From contig RDOE01000001.1 of assembly GCA_011364975.1 (NCBI GenBank), positions 48,707 through 112,706 on the forward strand: DNA of 64,000 nucleotides. The letters run 5' to 3'. The notes under the pieces were generated by a model. The model saw only the letters and a list, made by a program, of their open reading frames with translations. It ran no database searches and was not told the origin of the DNA. Both the position numbers and the translations under genes were made by a program. This document shows positions 28,311 through 39,222 of this stretch, piece after piece. The stretch's first letter is position 1; the number at the start of each line of letters is the position of its first letter. This DNA comes from Promethearchaeota archaeon (GTDB lineage: Archaea > Asgardarchaeota > Lokiarchaeia > Sigyniarchaeales > SOKP01).

Positions 28311-28478
28311 CAAATATTTAATTTGATGAATTAATACTTATGGTTAAATAAATCGATTTTTAATTTTGATCTGATTGATTTATTTTATTAGGGGATTTTT
28401 TAAATACAGTTTGATAAATAATTAAGCCCCAAATATGATATTCGTTATTTAAAAATATATTACTTTGAGTTTGCTGAA

Positions 28479-29612
28479 ATGATCCGATTTAAAGGGATTG
28501 ACATTTTTAGAGGTCTTTGTATTTTTTACATGACTTTCGGGCACATGCTACATTGGTGGCTTTCAAAAACAGATTTTTGGCTTTATGAGTTTCTATGGAA
28601 TATTGGGGCGCCTATTGGGGGTGGAGGATTTTTATTAGTCTCTGGTTTAAGTGCTTCACTCTCATATAGAAAGCAAATTGCAAAAGCACAAAATTCTAAT
28701 GAATATGATATAAAAAGAGCTAGAAATGAATACTTGTTGAGAGCTGTAGAAATTTTTATAATATCTACAATTTGGAATACGTTTGGTTATCTTTATTTAG
28801 GATTACCAGGAATTTGGTTATGGTTTGTGCTACAAACAATATCGGTTTCTCTTTTAATGGCATGGCCTTTATTTAAAACTACTAAATCGTTCAGGCTATT
28901 AATTTGCTTCTGTTTTTGGATAGGAAACGAAATAATTCTTGGTTTATTATCACCTCATTCTGGTGAAGAGAATGTTCTTGGGGTTTTCTATTTTATTTTA
29001 TATAACAGTCCAGAACAAAATGTAATTTTAGGATATTTTCCATTTCTTCTTTTAGGAACCATTTTGGGGGATATCTTATTTGAAGCAAGCAATATTAAAG
29101 ATCCAACTGCACAATCAATTTTTTTAAAGGCTAAATTCATTAAAACTAATGGATTTAGCGGATTAGTTTTAATTTTATTAGGGATTTTTCTAAATTATCC
29201 TGCTTTTATGAATAAAGAGACTTTCTCCTCTCACATGTTCATAGTTGGGATTGAACTCATTATTATTTCATTCTTGATATATCTAAAAGATCTTAAAAAT
29301 TATAGGTTTAGAAAGAAATTTACTTTTTTTGAGTATTATTCATACTACTCCTTTACGATTTTTCTTCTTCACCATCTTCTATTCTTTTTATTTCAACCGC
29401 AGTTTAATGCTTTGGAAATTTGGTTATACATTGTCCCAATCATGAGTTTGTGGACGATATTATTTCGGTTTATTTATAAAAAGGTGGGGAAATATGCTTC
29501 TGTTAAATTTATATTTAACAAAATAGCAGTTAATTTAGCTAAAAAAATGGAAACAATTAGTCTTGGTAATTTGAGGAAGTTAAAATCTATAAAGAAAATT
29601 GAGTTTGTTTAA
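28479..29612 (+). CDS. HGSNAT/DUF1624-family membrane acyltransferase, copy 1
   Basis: RFKGIDIFRG..FGH, FLLVSG.S, VLQTI; about 10 TM segments. Confidence 0.82.
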   Translation: MIRFKGIDIFRGLCIFYMTFGHMLHWWLSKTDFWLYEFLWNIGAPIGGGGFLLVSGLSASLSYRKQIAKAQNSNEYDIKRARNEYLLRAVEIFIISTIWNTFGYLYLGLPGIWLWFVLQTISVSLLMAWPLFKTTKSFRLLICFCFWIGNEIILGLLSPHSGEENVLGVFYFILYNSPEQNVILGYFPFLLLGTILGDILFEASNIKDPTAQSIFLKAKFIKTNGFSGLVLILLGIFLNYPAFMNKETFSSHMFIVGIELIIISFLIYLKDLKNYRFRKKFTFFEYYSYYSFTIFLLHHLLFFLFQPQFNALEIWLYIVPIMSLWTILFRFIYKKVGKYASVKFIFNKIAVNLAKKMETISLGNLRKLKSIKKIEFV

Positions 29613-29690
29613 ATTTTTTGAACTCTGTGATTTTTTTAAATTGAATCTAATTTATTTTATTGAAAAAAGTTAAAAAGTGAAAATGAGTAA

Positions 29691-30812
29691 TTGAAACTTA
29701 TGAAATTTAAACCCAGAAGATTTAAGAGTATAGATATATTCCGAGGGATGTGTATGGCTTGGATGTTTTTAGGCCATTTACTCGATTGGTGGCTTAAACC
29801 TGAATACTTTTTCATTAGAAATTCAGCTCACATGTTATTAGATTCAATTGGAGCTTCTGGGTTCTTATTTATTTCAGGAGTGAGTATTACCTTATCTTAT
29901 AGGAACCAGATGTATAGAGTTGAAACGTTAAAGAGAATCTCATATTTTCGAATTAGACTTTCATATTTCATCCGTAGTTTATTATTACTTTTGATAGCCT
30001 TTTTATATAATACTGCTATTGCAGTTTCAATAAAAAATCTTTCTTGGATTTGGAGTTGGTTTATTTTGATGACTGCTGCCTTTTCTTTGATGATGATGTG
30101 GCCACTTTTTAAAACTCCAAAACTTGTTAGGATATTAATAGGATTTTTTTTATGGTTCTTGAGTGCTTATCTTTATAGTATTTTATCCCCTTATCAAGGC
30201 AACTCAAATTTATCAGGTATTTTCTACCATATCCTTTTTAACACTGTCGATCAAGATCCCTTTATAAATTTCTTCTCATTTTTCTTGTTTGGAACTATTT
30301 TTGGAGAAGTTCTCTCATCTTCTAATTTTGAAGCAGATAATGAAAAATTTAAAAGATATTTAAATAAACATATCATCAAGCCTTCCTTATTAATCGGTCC
30401 TTTGTTAATTTTAACCGGAGTCGCCCTAGTTTTCCCTAGTTTTCTAATAAGAAGTAGTCTATCTTGGTTAATCTACACTTTAGGAATTGATATTACTATT
30501 TTAGTGATATTGATTTTTTTTGAAGAAAATGGATTTTTCAATACTAAGAAAAGTTATAGATTTTTGTTTTACTACTCATATTATTCATTTACTGTTTATT
30601 TAGGACATCATCTATTATTCTTTGTTTGTGTCAATTGTTTTAATGCTGTAAGCATATGGATCGCCGTTATTTTGACATTCATTTTATTTGGTTTAATCTT
30701 AAAACAGATATATAAACTATGGGGTTGGAAAGCGTCAATAAAGTCAATAATTGGCCGTTTAAGTGCTTATCTCGCTAAGAGAATTGATTTAAGTAGAAAT
30801 AATTCCTTCTAA
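29691..30812 (+). CDS. HGSNAT/DUF1624-family membrane acyltransferase, copy 2
   Basis: RFKSIDIFRG..LGH, FLFISGVS, YYSYYSFT.Y..H; alternative ATG at 29700. Confidence 0.82.
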   Translation: MKLMKFKPRRFKSIDIFRGMCMAWMFLGHLLDWWLKPEYFFIRNSAHMLLDSIGASGFLFISGVSITLSYRNQMYRVETLKRISYFRIRLSYFIRSLLLLLIAFLYNTAIAVSIKNLSWIWSWFILMTAAFSLMMMWPLFKTPKLVRILIGFFLWFLSAYLYSILSPYQGNSNLSGIFYHILFNTVDQDPFINFFSFFLFGTIFGEVLSSSNFEADNEKFKRYLNKHIIKPSLLIGPLLILTGVALVFPSFLIRSSLSWLIYTLGIDITILVILIFFEENGFFNTKKSYRFLFYYSYYSFTVYLGHHLLFFVCVNCFNAVSIWIAVILTFILFGLILKQIYKLWGWKASIKSIIGRLSAYLAKRIDLSRNNSF

Positions 30813-30890
30813 TTTTTGAATTAAATTTATATCGTTATTATTATTTAATATGCTTACTGTTAAAATAATGAATATAGAGACGGGGAATTC

Positions 30891-32018
30891 ATGGAGAGAA
30901 TTAATAGCATAGACAGTGTTCGTGGCATGTGTATGTGGATAATGATCTACGGCCACATGTTAGATTGGTGGATAAATCCAGCAGATATATGGTTTAGAAA
31001 TTGGTTATATGCATTCTTAGAACCAATTGGAGCCACAGGATTTCTATTTGTTTCAGGAATTAGTACAAGTTTAGCATTTAGGAGTAGTTACATAAAAAGA
31101 GAGACTTCAAATAACTTCAATGTTAAATTAACTAAATATTCTTATTTCTTTAGAGCTTTTTTGATTCTTTTAATTGGTTTCGTTGTTAACTCATTTTCTC
31201 TTTTAATGTTGAAGGGTTCTATTTTTGATATTTGGAGTTGGCTTGTCTTACAAACTATTGCTATCTCATTAATTTTTTCTTGGCCATTCTTAAATAAATC
31301 TAAGCTTTTTCGAATAATTTTAGGACTCTCCCTTATATCAGTAAATCAAATCATACTAACTTACCTTGATCCTTTTAAAGGACAATTTAATCTTTATGGG
31401 GTATTATTTCATTTTTTATTTAATCCGCTAAGTCAATATATAATTTTATTATATTTTGGTATCTTTTTAATCGGTACTGTTCTAGGTGAACTAATATTCA
31501 ATATTAATATCTCAAAGACCCAACAGGAAAGATTATATAACTTTAAAAACAAACTTTTTAAGAAATCCTTATTATTTGGAGGTATTTCAATAGGATTTGG
31601 ATTAATTTTTGCTTTTCCGAATTTCTTAATTTTAAATACCTTATCTTCCATTATCTATTCTATGGGAATAATATTAGTGTTGATAACATTACTAATTTAT
31701 AGAGAATTAGCTGAAAAAATTAAGCTTAAAAGAAGTTATCGATATCTTTATTTTTATTCTTATTATTCTTTTACTATATATTTAGGACATTATGTTATCT
31801 ACTCCTTATTTTTGGATCAACTTAATTGGATAATATTCATGATTCTAGTATTTGGTGTTGCAAATGCAATTACTACCTTTTTATTAAGAACAATATATAT
31901 AAAATTAGGGAGTAAATTTTCTTTGAAAACGGGGATAAATACAATGAGTTTTATGTTAGCTATGAAAATTGTAAAAAGAAAACAGCATAAAACAATTAGT
32001 CTCGCAACAGATATATAG
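30891..32018 (+). CDS. HGSNAT/DUF1624-family membrane acyltransferase, copy 3
   Basis: RINSIDSVRG..YGH, FLFVSGIS, VLQTI, YSYYSFTIYLGH. Confidence 0.82.
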   Translation: MERINSIDSVRGMCMWIMIYGHMLDWWINPADIWFRNWLYAFLEPIGATGFLFVSGISTSLAFRSSYIKRETSNNFNVKLTKYSYFFRAFLILLIGFVVNSFSLLMLKGSIFDIWSWLVLQTIAISLIFSWPFLNKSKLFRIILGLSLISVNQIILTYLDPFKGQFNLYGVLFHFLFNPLSQYIILLYFGIFLIGTVLGELIFNINISKTQQERLYNFKNKLFKKSLLFGGISIGFGLIFAFPNFLILNTLSSIIYSMGIILVLITLLIYRELAEKIKLKRSYRYLYFYSYYSFTIYLGHYVIYSLFLDQLNWIIFMILVFGVANAITTFLLRTIYIKLGSKFSLKTGINTMSFMLAMKIVKRKQHKTISLATDI

Positions 32019-32144
32019 AATTAAATAATGTCCGCAAAACTATATTAATAAACTCAATTCACATAATAATATATGTTTTTAAGAAGAAATATAAATTTGG
32101 ATGTTTTTTGATCTGAAATGAATTAATATTAACTTCACGAAGAA

Positions 32145-32918
32145 ATGAAAGAAAGATTAGATTTACTAGTAGTAGAACGCCGTTTAGTAGAAAGCAGAAG
32201 TAAAGCACATTGGTTAATTAGAGAGGGTTTAGTCTCTGTGGATGGTAAAATAATTATTAAACCAGGAAAGTTAATTCATAATTATTCCAAAATCGAATTG
32301 ATAAAAGAATTTCCGTATGTTGGTCGGGGCGGTTTGAAATTAGAAGCTGCTTTAAAAAATTTCACAATATTACCTAAAGATAAAGTTTGTGTTGATATAG
32401 GAGCCTCAATTGGTGGTTTTACCGATTGTTTACTAAAGCACGGAGCGTCTAGAGTATATGCGATTGATAGTGCCACTGGTTTACTCCATCCTTCTTTAGT
32501 ATGTAAACCTGAAAAGGTAATAAAACTTCTTGGAGTCGATGCTCGAAATGTAAACACATTAAATGAAAAGATAGATATAGTCACTATAGATATTACTTTT
32601 GCTTCACTTAAATCAATACTACCGAATGTCTTAAACTTCTTGAAAAAAGATGGAGATATTATTGTTTTAATTAAGCCTATTTTTGAAACTGATTTCCATA
32701 ATTTAAATAAATTTAAAATTATTACAGACCCCAAATTATTGATTAGAATATTGGACGATTTGTTCAAATGGTGTATCGACAATGGGATCTATCTTAAAAA
32801 TATTATGAAATCTCCTATTCCAGGTAAAGGAGGCTCTATTGAATTTTTAGCTCATTTTAAAATGGAAAAATTACCTAATTTTAAATATGAGAATATTTTA
32901 AAGAATATAGTAAAATAG
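32145..32918 (+). CDS. tlyA: TlyA-family RNA 2'-O-methyltransferase
   Basis: S4 domain RLDLLVV..SRSKA, YVGRGGLKL, DIGASIGGFTDCLL, LIKPIFE, SPI.GK.G.IEF. Confidence 0.93.
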   Translation: MKERLDLLVVERRLVESRSKAHWLIREGLVSVDGKIIIKPGKLIHNYSKIELIKEFPYVGRGGLKLEAALKNFTILPKDKVCVDIGASIGGFTDCLLKHGASRVYAIDSATGLLHPSLVCKPEKVIKLLGVDARNVNTLNEKIDIVTIDITFASLKSILPNVLNFLKKDGDIIVLIKPIFETDFHNLNKFKIITDPKLLIRILDDLFKWCIDNGIYLKNIMKSPIPGKGGSIEFLAHFKMEKLPNFKYENILKNIVK

Positions 32919-32932
32919 CTTTTATTTATAAT

Positions 32933-34102
32933 TTAATGATTAGGGTAAGAACGGAAGAGTTTTCCCCAATCAGTCTTAAAAAATTCCTTTATCCTCTTTC
33001 TTCCGATTGAAGGATACCAAAACATATCATGATAAACTAAAGATAACATAATTGGTACGGTGAAGAATAGTTCGTTCCTCATTAGTGGGTTTAAAAATTG
33101 AAGTGTGCCTTTTCTAACCATTTGATCACCCCAAATTACTAAACTACGTTTAACTTGAAATTTCCAGTCTATATCTGAAACATTCTCTCCAATTATATCT
33201 ATCTGATCAACATCTCCACATCCCAATCCTTCATCATGGGCGAGTTTGATTGCGGGTAACTTTAAAGGTTCAAAACCCATCATTTTAGCGACAACCGCAT
33301 CTACCGCTACTTGGTCATATCCTGCTAAAAGATAATTTTTTATACGTGGAATCATGGTTCTCGGTCCAGCACCATCTCCGCATACTGTGCCATCTACGAT
33401 GGCTAATATGTGCGGATGAATCTGTTTTTGAATGATAAGCAAATCCACCAATACTTCAGACATATATTGATGGCTAAAGTGTCTCCTCTTTGTCAATAAT
33501 CCACCGAAAGCATTTTTCATTGCGCATGTTATTCCTCCATTTTTCATTTCACCTTCCGTATGTTTTAGGTCACCTCCTAAAGCGCCTGTATGCCCGTGTG
33601 TTTTCATAGTTGGAAGGTGGATAATTGGTTTACCAACATAAAATTTTGGAATTTTAAATCCTTCCGGAAATATTTTTGAATCGAGAACATGAAGATTTGT
33701 AGCTTTAAGATTAATAAATTTAGATCGTAGAGATTCATAAGGCACGAAAGGAATGCGTGTTAGAGGGACAAATCTCACCCCATATTTTTTAATAATTGGA
33801 TTCCATTTATTACCTTTCAATCCTTTTTCAATATTAGTAACGACTGTTCTATTTTCAGCAGTAAATAAATTTTTGGGAGAGTATCCATCTTCTATTAAGG
33901 TTTTGAGTACCCCTTCAAGTTGCCAAGGGGGACTGGAACAAGAGGGAAAGAATTTTGACCAACTTAAGTTTAATTTAATAATAATTTTATCTGTAGTATT
34001 AAAAAAATTCTGATAGTTTGCTAAATGTATTAGGTTTCTATAATCATTTAGGATATTCTCAGGTGAGGTTTTTAGTATAAATATTTTAGATTGATTAGTC
34101 AT
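32933..34102 (-). CDS. DUF362-family protein
   Basis: IKLNLSW, LPTMKTH, TCAMKNAFG, IVDG..GAGP, DQVAVDAV..MG. Confidence 0.85.
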   Translation of the reverse strand: MTNQSKIFILKTSPENILNDYRNLIHLANYQNFFNTTDKIIIKLNLSWSKFFPSCSSPPWQLEGVLKTLIEDGYSPKNLFTAENRTVVTNIEKGLKGNKWNPIIKKYGVRFVPLTRIPFVPYESLRSKFINLKATNLHVLDSKIFPEGFKIPKFYVGKPIIHLPTMKTHGHTGALGGDLKHTEGEMKNGGITCAMKNAFGGLLTKRRHFSHQYMSEVLVDLLIIQKQIHPHILAIVDGTVCGDGAGPRTMIPRIKNYLLAGYDQVAVDAVVAKMMGFEPLKLPAIKLAHDEGLGCGDVDQIDIIGENVSDIDWKFQVKRSLVIWGDQMVRKGTLQFLNPLMRNELFFTVPIMLSLVYHDMFWYPSIGRKRIKEFFKTDWGKLFRSYPNH

Positions 34103-34258
34103 AATTACTAATAAAAATACTTTATAATTTATGTTTTTTTTTAATCTCTCTAAAATTGAAATCAGAATAAAAAAATTAAACTAGTTCAAGATAATATGTG
34201 TTTACCGCATTAAACTAATGAAATAAAGAATAAAAGTTATAAAAATAAATAATTTTAA

Positions 34259-35308
34259 TTAATCTGAGATATATTCCATTCCTTCATAAGATTTTTTTTC
34301 GGATCTCATTGGATTACAATACATGTAATGATCTCCGCCTAAATCTATTTTTACAGGGTTCCTTAAACCACATCCTTCATGATCAGATACTTCTGGACAT
34401 CTTGGATGAAATGCACATCCAGAGGGAGGGTTTATAGGACTAGGTACATCTCCTTTAAGAATAACTCGATTTATTCTAGATTCTGGATCGAATGTAGGTC
34501 TTGCCGATAAGAGGGCTTTTGTATAAGGATGTGTAGAATTATAGAATACTTCTTCTATATTTCCGCCTTCGACAAATTTCCCTAGATACATTACTTCGAT
34601 ACGATCACCTATATGTTGAATAACACTTAAATCATGTGTTATAAAAAGATAGGATAAGTCGAATTCTTTTTGTAAATCCTTCAGTAGATTTAAAATTTGA
34701 GCTTGAACAGATACATCAAGAGCTGAAGTTGGTTCATCTAGTATTATAATTTCTGGATTACAAGCTAATGCTCGAGCAATTACAATCCTTTGTTTTTGTC
34801 CACCAGAAAATTCATGAGGATATCTATCCAAATGTTCATTTTTCATAGAAACTGTTTCAAGGAGTTCTAAGACACGTTTTCGAATTTCTCTTCTCTTTTT
34901 CATTCCCATAAGCAGACGTAGTGGTTCTCCCACAATATTTACTACTTTCCATCTGGGATTAAGGGAAGAGTCAGGATCTTGAAAGACCATTTGAATTTTT
35001 TTCCTATATTCTTTTGTAAAATTGTTGTCTATTCTTTTTCCTTTATACCAGATTTCCCCTGCTGTTGCTGGAACAAGGTTTAATATAGTATTTCCAATAG
35101 TAGTTTTACCGCATCCACTTTCACCTACTAATCCAAGAGTCTCTCTTTTATAAAGATTAAAAGATACTCCGTCGACTGCTCTAACTTCTCCAATTTTTCT
35201 TTTAAGAATTCCACCATAGATTGGATAGTATGTTTTTAAATTCTTTACTGAAAGAATTATATCTTCAGATTTATGTGAATCAATCGGTATTTCTTCACTT
35301 ATTGTCAT
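34259..35308 (-). CDS. oppF: Oligopeptide ABC transporter ATPase OppF/DppF
   Basis: GESGCGKT, FSGGQKQR, LDEPTSALD, HPYT, GC.FHPRC. Confidence 0.93.
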   Translation of the reverse strand: MTISEEIPIDSHKSEDIILSVKNLKTYYPIYGGILKRKIGEVRAVDGVSFNLYKRETLGLVGESGCGKTTIGNTILNLVPATAGEIWYKGKRIDNNFTKEYRKKIQMVFQDPDSSLNPRWKVVNIVGEPLRLLMGMKKRREIRKRVLELLETVSMKNEHLDRYPHEFSGGQKQRIVIARALACNPEIIILDEPTSALDVSVQAQILNLLKDLQKEFDLSYLFITHDLSVIQHIGDRIEVMYLGKFVEGGNIEEVFYNSTHPYTKALLSARPTFDPESRINRVILKGDVPSPINPPSGCAFHPRCPEVSDHEGCGLRNPVKIDLGGDHYMYCNPMRSEKKSYEGMEYISD

Positions 35309-35340
35309 TTTCTTTTCCTCTTTAAGTTTTAAGTTAGTTT

Positions 35341-36612
35341 TTATACTTTACCTGATAATTCAAACTCTTCTTCTTCCCACTCATATTTAGGTGAGTCTTT
35401 ATATTCTGGATCATATAAGTGGCAAGCAATATAATATTTATCTGCTATTTCGAGAAACCTTGGTTTAACTTTATCGCATACCTCAAGTCTAAAATCACAT
35501 CTTGGATGAAATCTACAACCTGAAGGCGGATAAATTAGATTTGGGACCATTCCTCTAATAGTCTTTAACTTTTGATCCCTTTTTTCTATACTTGGAATAG
35601 CACCAATTAGTCCTTGAGTATATGGATGTTTTGGTTTTTTAAATAATTCAACTGCTGTTGCATATTCAACAATATTACCGCTATACATTACCGCAACGCG
35701 ATCACACAAATCTGCAATAATGCCTAGGTCATGAGTGATCATCAAAATAGAAGTCTGAAATCTGTCTTTTAAATCTTTCATTAAATCAAGAATTTGAGCT
35801 TGAATTGTAACATCGAGCGCAGTAGTAGGCTCATCAGCGCATAGAAGGACGGGATTACAGGTTAATGCCATAGCAATCATAACTCTTTGTCGCATTCCAC
35901 CACTTAGTTCGTGAGGATATCTTTTTAAAATCCCCTTTGCATCAGCAATTCCGACTTCATTAACTATTTTTTCAGCCTCTTCCAAAACTATAGTTTTTAT
36001 AGTTATAGCGCCTTTCATCTTTTCCTTAATAGATTCAATTTTCTCATTGATTTCATTTATTTCTTCAGTGTTTAATCTTTCCGCTTCATCTTTTAGCTTT
36101 TTTTGAAGTTCTCTTACTTCTTTCATCCGTACTCTTCTGGTCTCCCTACGTTCTTGTAAAACACCTTTTATTCTGTCCTTTTGATGTAAAAGGAATACTT
36201 CTCCAATTTGATTTCCCACCGTCATAACTGGATTAAGAGAATTTAAAGGATCTTGGAAAATCATAGTAATTTTATTTCCACGATAATTCCTCATTTCTTT
36301 TCTACTTAATCCAACTAGATTTTTGCCATTTAGGGAAATAGTACCCTCCATAATTTTTCCAGGAGCTCTAACTAATCCAAGGATTGAAAGTGCAGTTACT
36401 GATTTTCCGCAACCAGTTTCTCCAACTAGTCCAAGAACTTCATTCTTGTAAATATCAAAAGAAACGCCGTCAACAGCCTTTACAATCCCCTCTTCTGTAA
36501 AGAAGTAAGTTTTTAAATTTCTTACTTCAATAAGAGGTTTCCTTATCTCTTCCTCTTTTTCTTCAAATTCTTCAATACTTTCTGCTTCCTTTCCATTTTC
36601 TGAATCGATCAT
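35341..36612 (-). CDS. oppD: Oligopeptide ABC transporter ATPase OppD/DppD with charged helical insertion
   Basis: GETGCGKS, LSGGMRQR, ADEPTTALD, GCRFHPRC. Confidence 0.93.
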   Translation of the reverse strand: MIDSENGKEAESIEEFEEKEEEIRKPLIEVRNLKTYFFTEEGIVKAVDGVSFDIYKNEVLGLVGETGCGKSVTALSILGLVRAPGKIMEGTISLNGKNLVGLSRKEMRNYRGNKITMIFQDPLNSLNPVMTVGNQIGEVFLLHQKDRIKGVLQERRETRRVRMKEVRELQKKLKDEAERLNTEEINEINEKIESIKEKMKGAITIKTIVLEEAEKIVNEVGIADAKGILKRYPHELSGGMRQRVMIAMALTCNPVLLCADEPTTALDVTIQAQILDLMKDLKDRFQTSILMITHDLGIIADLCDRVAVMYSGNIVEYATAVELFKKPKHPYTQGLIGAIPSIEKRDQKLKTIRGMVPNLIYPPSGCRFHPRCDFRLEVCDKVKPRFLEIADKYYIACHLYDPEYKDSPKYEWEEEEFELSGKV

Positions 36613-36646
36613 CGATTAAATCCTTTGTAGTTTATTTTAAACAATT

Positions 36647-37648
36647 CTATAAATTCCTAAGACGTGGATCAAGAGCATCTCTTAAACCATCCCCAACCAA
36701 CATGAATCCAAGAACAGTTATTAATATCATAAGACCCGGCCATAGGGATGCATAAGGCGCCATAACGATATGCCCTCTGGCAATATCGATATCTCGACCC
36801 CATTCTATTAAATTTACATCGCTATACCCTAAAAAGGCTAATCCCGCAAGGCTTAATATTATTCCTCCAATATCAAATGTAAATGATATAATTATAGGTT
36901 GTATACAATTGGGCAAGATGTGTCTAAACATTATTCTCCAATTTCCAGCACCCGCAACTCTCGCCGCTTCAACATAAGGTAAGGCTCTTGCTTGAAGAAC
37001 AGATCCCCGAATTAATCGTGAATAATATGGTATACCTAAAATACCATATGCAAGCATGATATATTCCATTCTTTGACCCCAAATAGCAATAAATACCATC
37101 GCTAAAATTAATCCAGGAAATGCTAAGAAGATATCAATAATTCTCATGATAATAGAATCAATCCAACCCCCATAGTAGGCAGCGACAACCCCCACAATAA
37201 CTCCAAAAATAACACTAAACGTAATTGCAGGGAGAGCAATCGTCAATGAGGCTCTCGCGCCGTATATCATACGTGATAATACATCTCTTCCAAATTCCGT
37301 TTGACCGAGAGGATAATTTATTGAGGGAAGCCCCCACGAATTACCTGGGAGTCCATTAGCTTGTTCAAATGTATAAGGAGCGATCCATTCAGGGAATACC
37401 GCTAAAGTTACTACAACAAATACAATCCCTATACCTGTAAGGGTAAGGACAGATTTGAGCCTTCGTATAAATTTTCTTTTACTTATTGATTTTTCATATT
37501 CAAGTTCTCTTAAAGATAACTCATCTATTCGTGCTCCAGGTATTAATAGAAATTTCAGATTTGAAAATAGCCATTTTAGCATTGTTTTAATTAGGTTTTC
37601 TTTTTTTTCTTCTTTTTCCAATCTTGTTTCATATACTTGTTCTGTCAT
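36647..37648 (-). CDS. oppC: Oligopeptide ABC transporter permease OppC/DppC
   Basis: GRDVLSR..YGARASL, EAA loop YVEAARVAGA, HILPN, GDGLRDALDPR. Confidence 0.93.
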   Translation of the reverse strand: MTEQVYETRLEKEEKKENLIKTMLKWLFSNLKFLLIPGARIDELSLRELEYEKSISKRKFIRRLKSVLTLTGIGIVFVVVTLAVFPEWIAPYTFEQANGLPGNSWGLPSINYPLGQTEFGRDVLSRMIYGARASLTIALPAITFSVIFGVIVGVVAAYYGGWIDSIIMRIIDIFLAFPGLILAMVFIAIWGQRMEYIMLAYGILGIPYYSRLIRGSVLQARALPYVEAARVAGAGNWRIMFRHILPNCIQPIIISFTFDIGGIILSLAGLAFLGYSDVNLIEWGRDIDIARGHIVMAPYASLWPGLMILITVLGFMLVGDGLRDALDPRLRNL

Positions 37649-37666
37649 TTTTTACCAACTCATATT

Positions 37667-38683
37667 TTAATATCTAATTCTTGGATCTATAAATCCATAT
37701 ATTAAATCTATTCCGAGATTTATTACGATAAAGACAATTGTGGTTAAAAATACAATTGCATTAAGGAGCCAATAATCGGTGTTTTGTATAGCTTGGATCA
37801 AAGCTTCACCCATACCATGTAAATTGAAGGTCGTTTCAGTTAAAACAGCACCTGAAAGTAACCCACCAAAATTCAATCCAATGACAGTGACCGTCGGGAT
37901 CAAAGCATTTTTACGCGCGTGCGTGTTAATCACATCTCTTTCTTTACATCCTTTGGCTCTAGCCGTTCTAACATAGTCTTGTTCTAAAACTTCTAACATA
38001 CTAGAACGTGTCTGTCTGGTAATTGAAGCAATTGTAATGAAGGATAGGCAAAAGACGGGTAAAATTAAATGATGTAAGTAGTCTGTAATTAAATACATTC
38101 TTCCTGATAATAAGGAATCAAATATTCGGTTGAGAGTAATCACTGGGGGATCACCAATTCCCGCAGTTTTATAATTTGCTGTTGGAAACCAATCAAGTTG
38201 ATACGCTAGAAAATATTGCAAAATGAGGCCCATCCAAAAAACTGGAATCGATACACCAATTAATGCAATACCCCGTAAAACCGTATCTTTCCATCTATTT
38301 CGATTAGTTGCTGAAATAACTCCCGTTTTCAATCCGATTATTGAAGCTATTATAATGGCAAAAATTGCGATATCAAAAGTGCGAGGAAACCTTTCCATAA
38401 CAATTACCCAGACGGGTTGTCCTTGAGCAAGGACAAACGAAGTCCCCCAATCTCCCACAAACAATCTACCAATATATAGGAAATACTGCTGTATGATTGG
38501 TAAATGTAAACCAAGTCTTTCATATGCGATTCGATAATCTTCGGGGTCAAATCTATCTGGTAAAGACGCTAAAACAGGGTCACCAGGCATTAATCGTGAT
38601 AATATGAAGGTTATTGTCAATACCCCAAATAAAACAGGGACCGCTGCTAATACTCTCCTAAGAATATATTTAAGCATACTCAT
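37667..38683 (-). CDS. oppB: Oligopeptide ABC transporter permease OppB/DppB
   Basis: PGDP, GDWGTS, DYVRTARAKG, DPRIRY. Confidence 0.93.
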   Translation of the reverse strand: MSMLKYILRRVLAAVPVLFGVLTITFILSRLMPGDPVLASLPDRFDPEDYRIAYERLGLHLPIIQQYFLYIGRLFVGDWGTSFVLAQGQPVWVIVMERFPRTFDIAIFAIIIASIIGLKTGVISATNRNRWKDTVLRGIALIGVSIPVFWMGLILQYFLAYQLDWFPTANYKTAGIGDPPVITLNRIFDSLLSGRMYLITDYLHHLILPVFCLSFITIASITRQTRSSMLEVLEQDYVRTARAKGCKERDVINTHARKNALIPTVTVIGLNFGGLLSGAVLTETTFNLHGMGEALIQAIQNTDYWLLNAIVFLTTIVFIVINLGIDLIYGFIDPRIRY

Positions 38684-38742
38684 AAAGTTTTAAATCACCC
38701 ACAATTTTTTAATATTTTTATAATATTCATTAATTTTTTTAT

Positions 38743-39222
38743 TTAAAGTTCGATTGTTTTAATTCTTGCGACAAATTCTTTATACTTTTGCTTCGCAAAA
38801 GCACCCAGGATTGCACTTACTAAATTTATGCCTAAGAGTGTAAGTATTGTGATATAACTCTCGATACTGCCAAAGTATAATGCAAACATTTCACCAGTTA
38901 ATTGAAAGAAATCGCGTTGAAAACTATTTATAAATATATACCAGATCCAAGACTCAATAGTGATAACCGCAATAAGCCAAATACTATTTTTAATCCCATA
39001 TTCAAAGAATTGTTCCCTAAAAGACATATAAAAAACAATTAGAACCAGAATTATCAGAGATAAAATAGAGGCTGGATTAAAAAGCACTTGATAAAGAAAT
39101 AGAACTCTATTCCCTATCGATTTTTCATAGATATTGCTAATATATCCAAAGAATACAAAATGAATCATCAAAACGGCAAGTACGAAATTTCCCTGCCTAC
39201 CTATGTCAATCTTATTTCTCAT
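38743..39222 (-). CDS. Four-TM hypothetical membrane protein within the opp cluster
   Basis: Hydrophobic segments; ATGA overlap with the upstream ORF at 39219-39222. Confidence 0.75.
   Translation of the reverse strand: MRNKIDIGRQGNFVLAVLMIHFVFFGYISNIYEKSIGNRVLFLYQVLFNPASILSLIILVLIVFYMSFREQFFEYGIKNSIWLIAVITIESWIWYIFINSFQRDFFQLTGEMFALYFGSIESYITILTLLGINLVSAILGAFAKQKYKEFVARIKTIEL

Noticed and set aside
28323-28374. C/D-box-like sRNA (TGATGA ... CTGA)
   Set aside because: No convincing internal D'/C' boxes, and the guide regions are almost pure A/T; likely chance.
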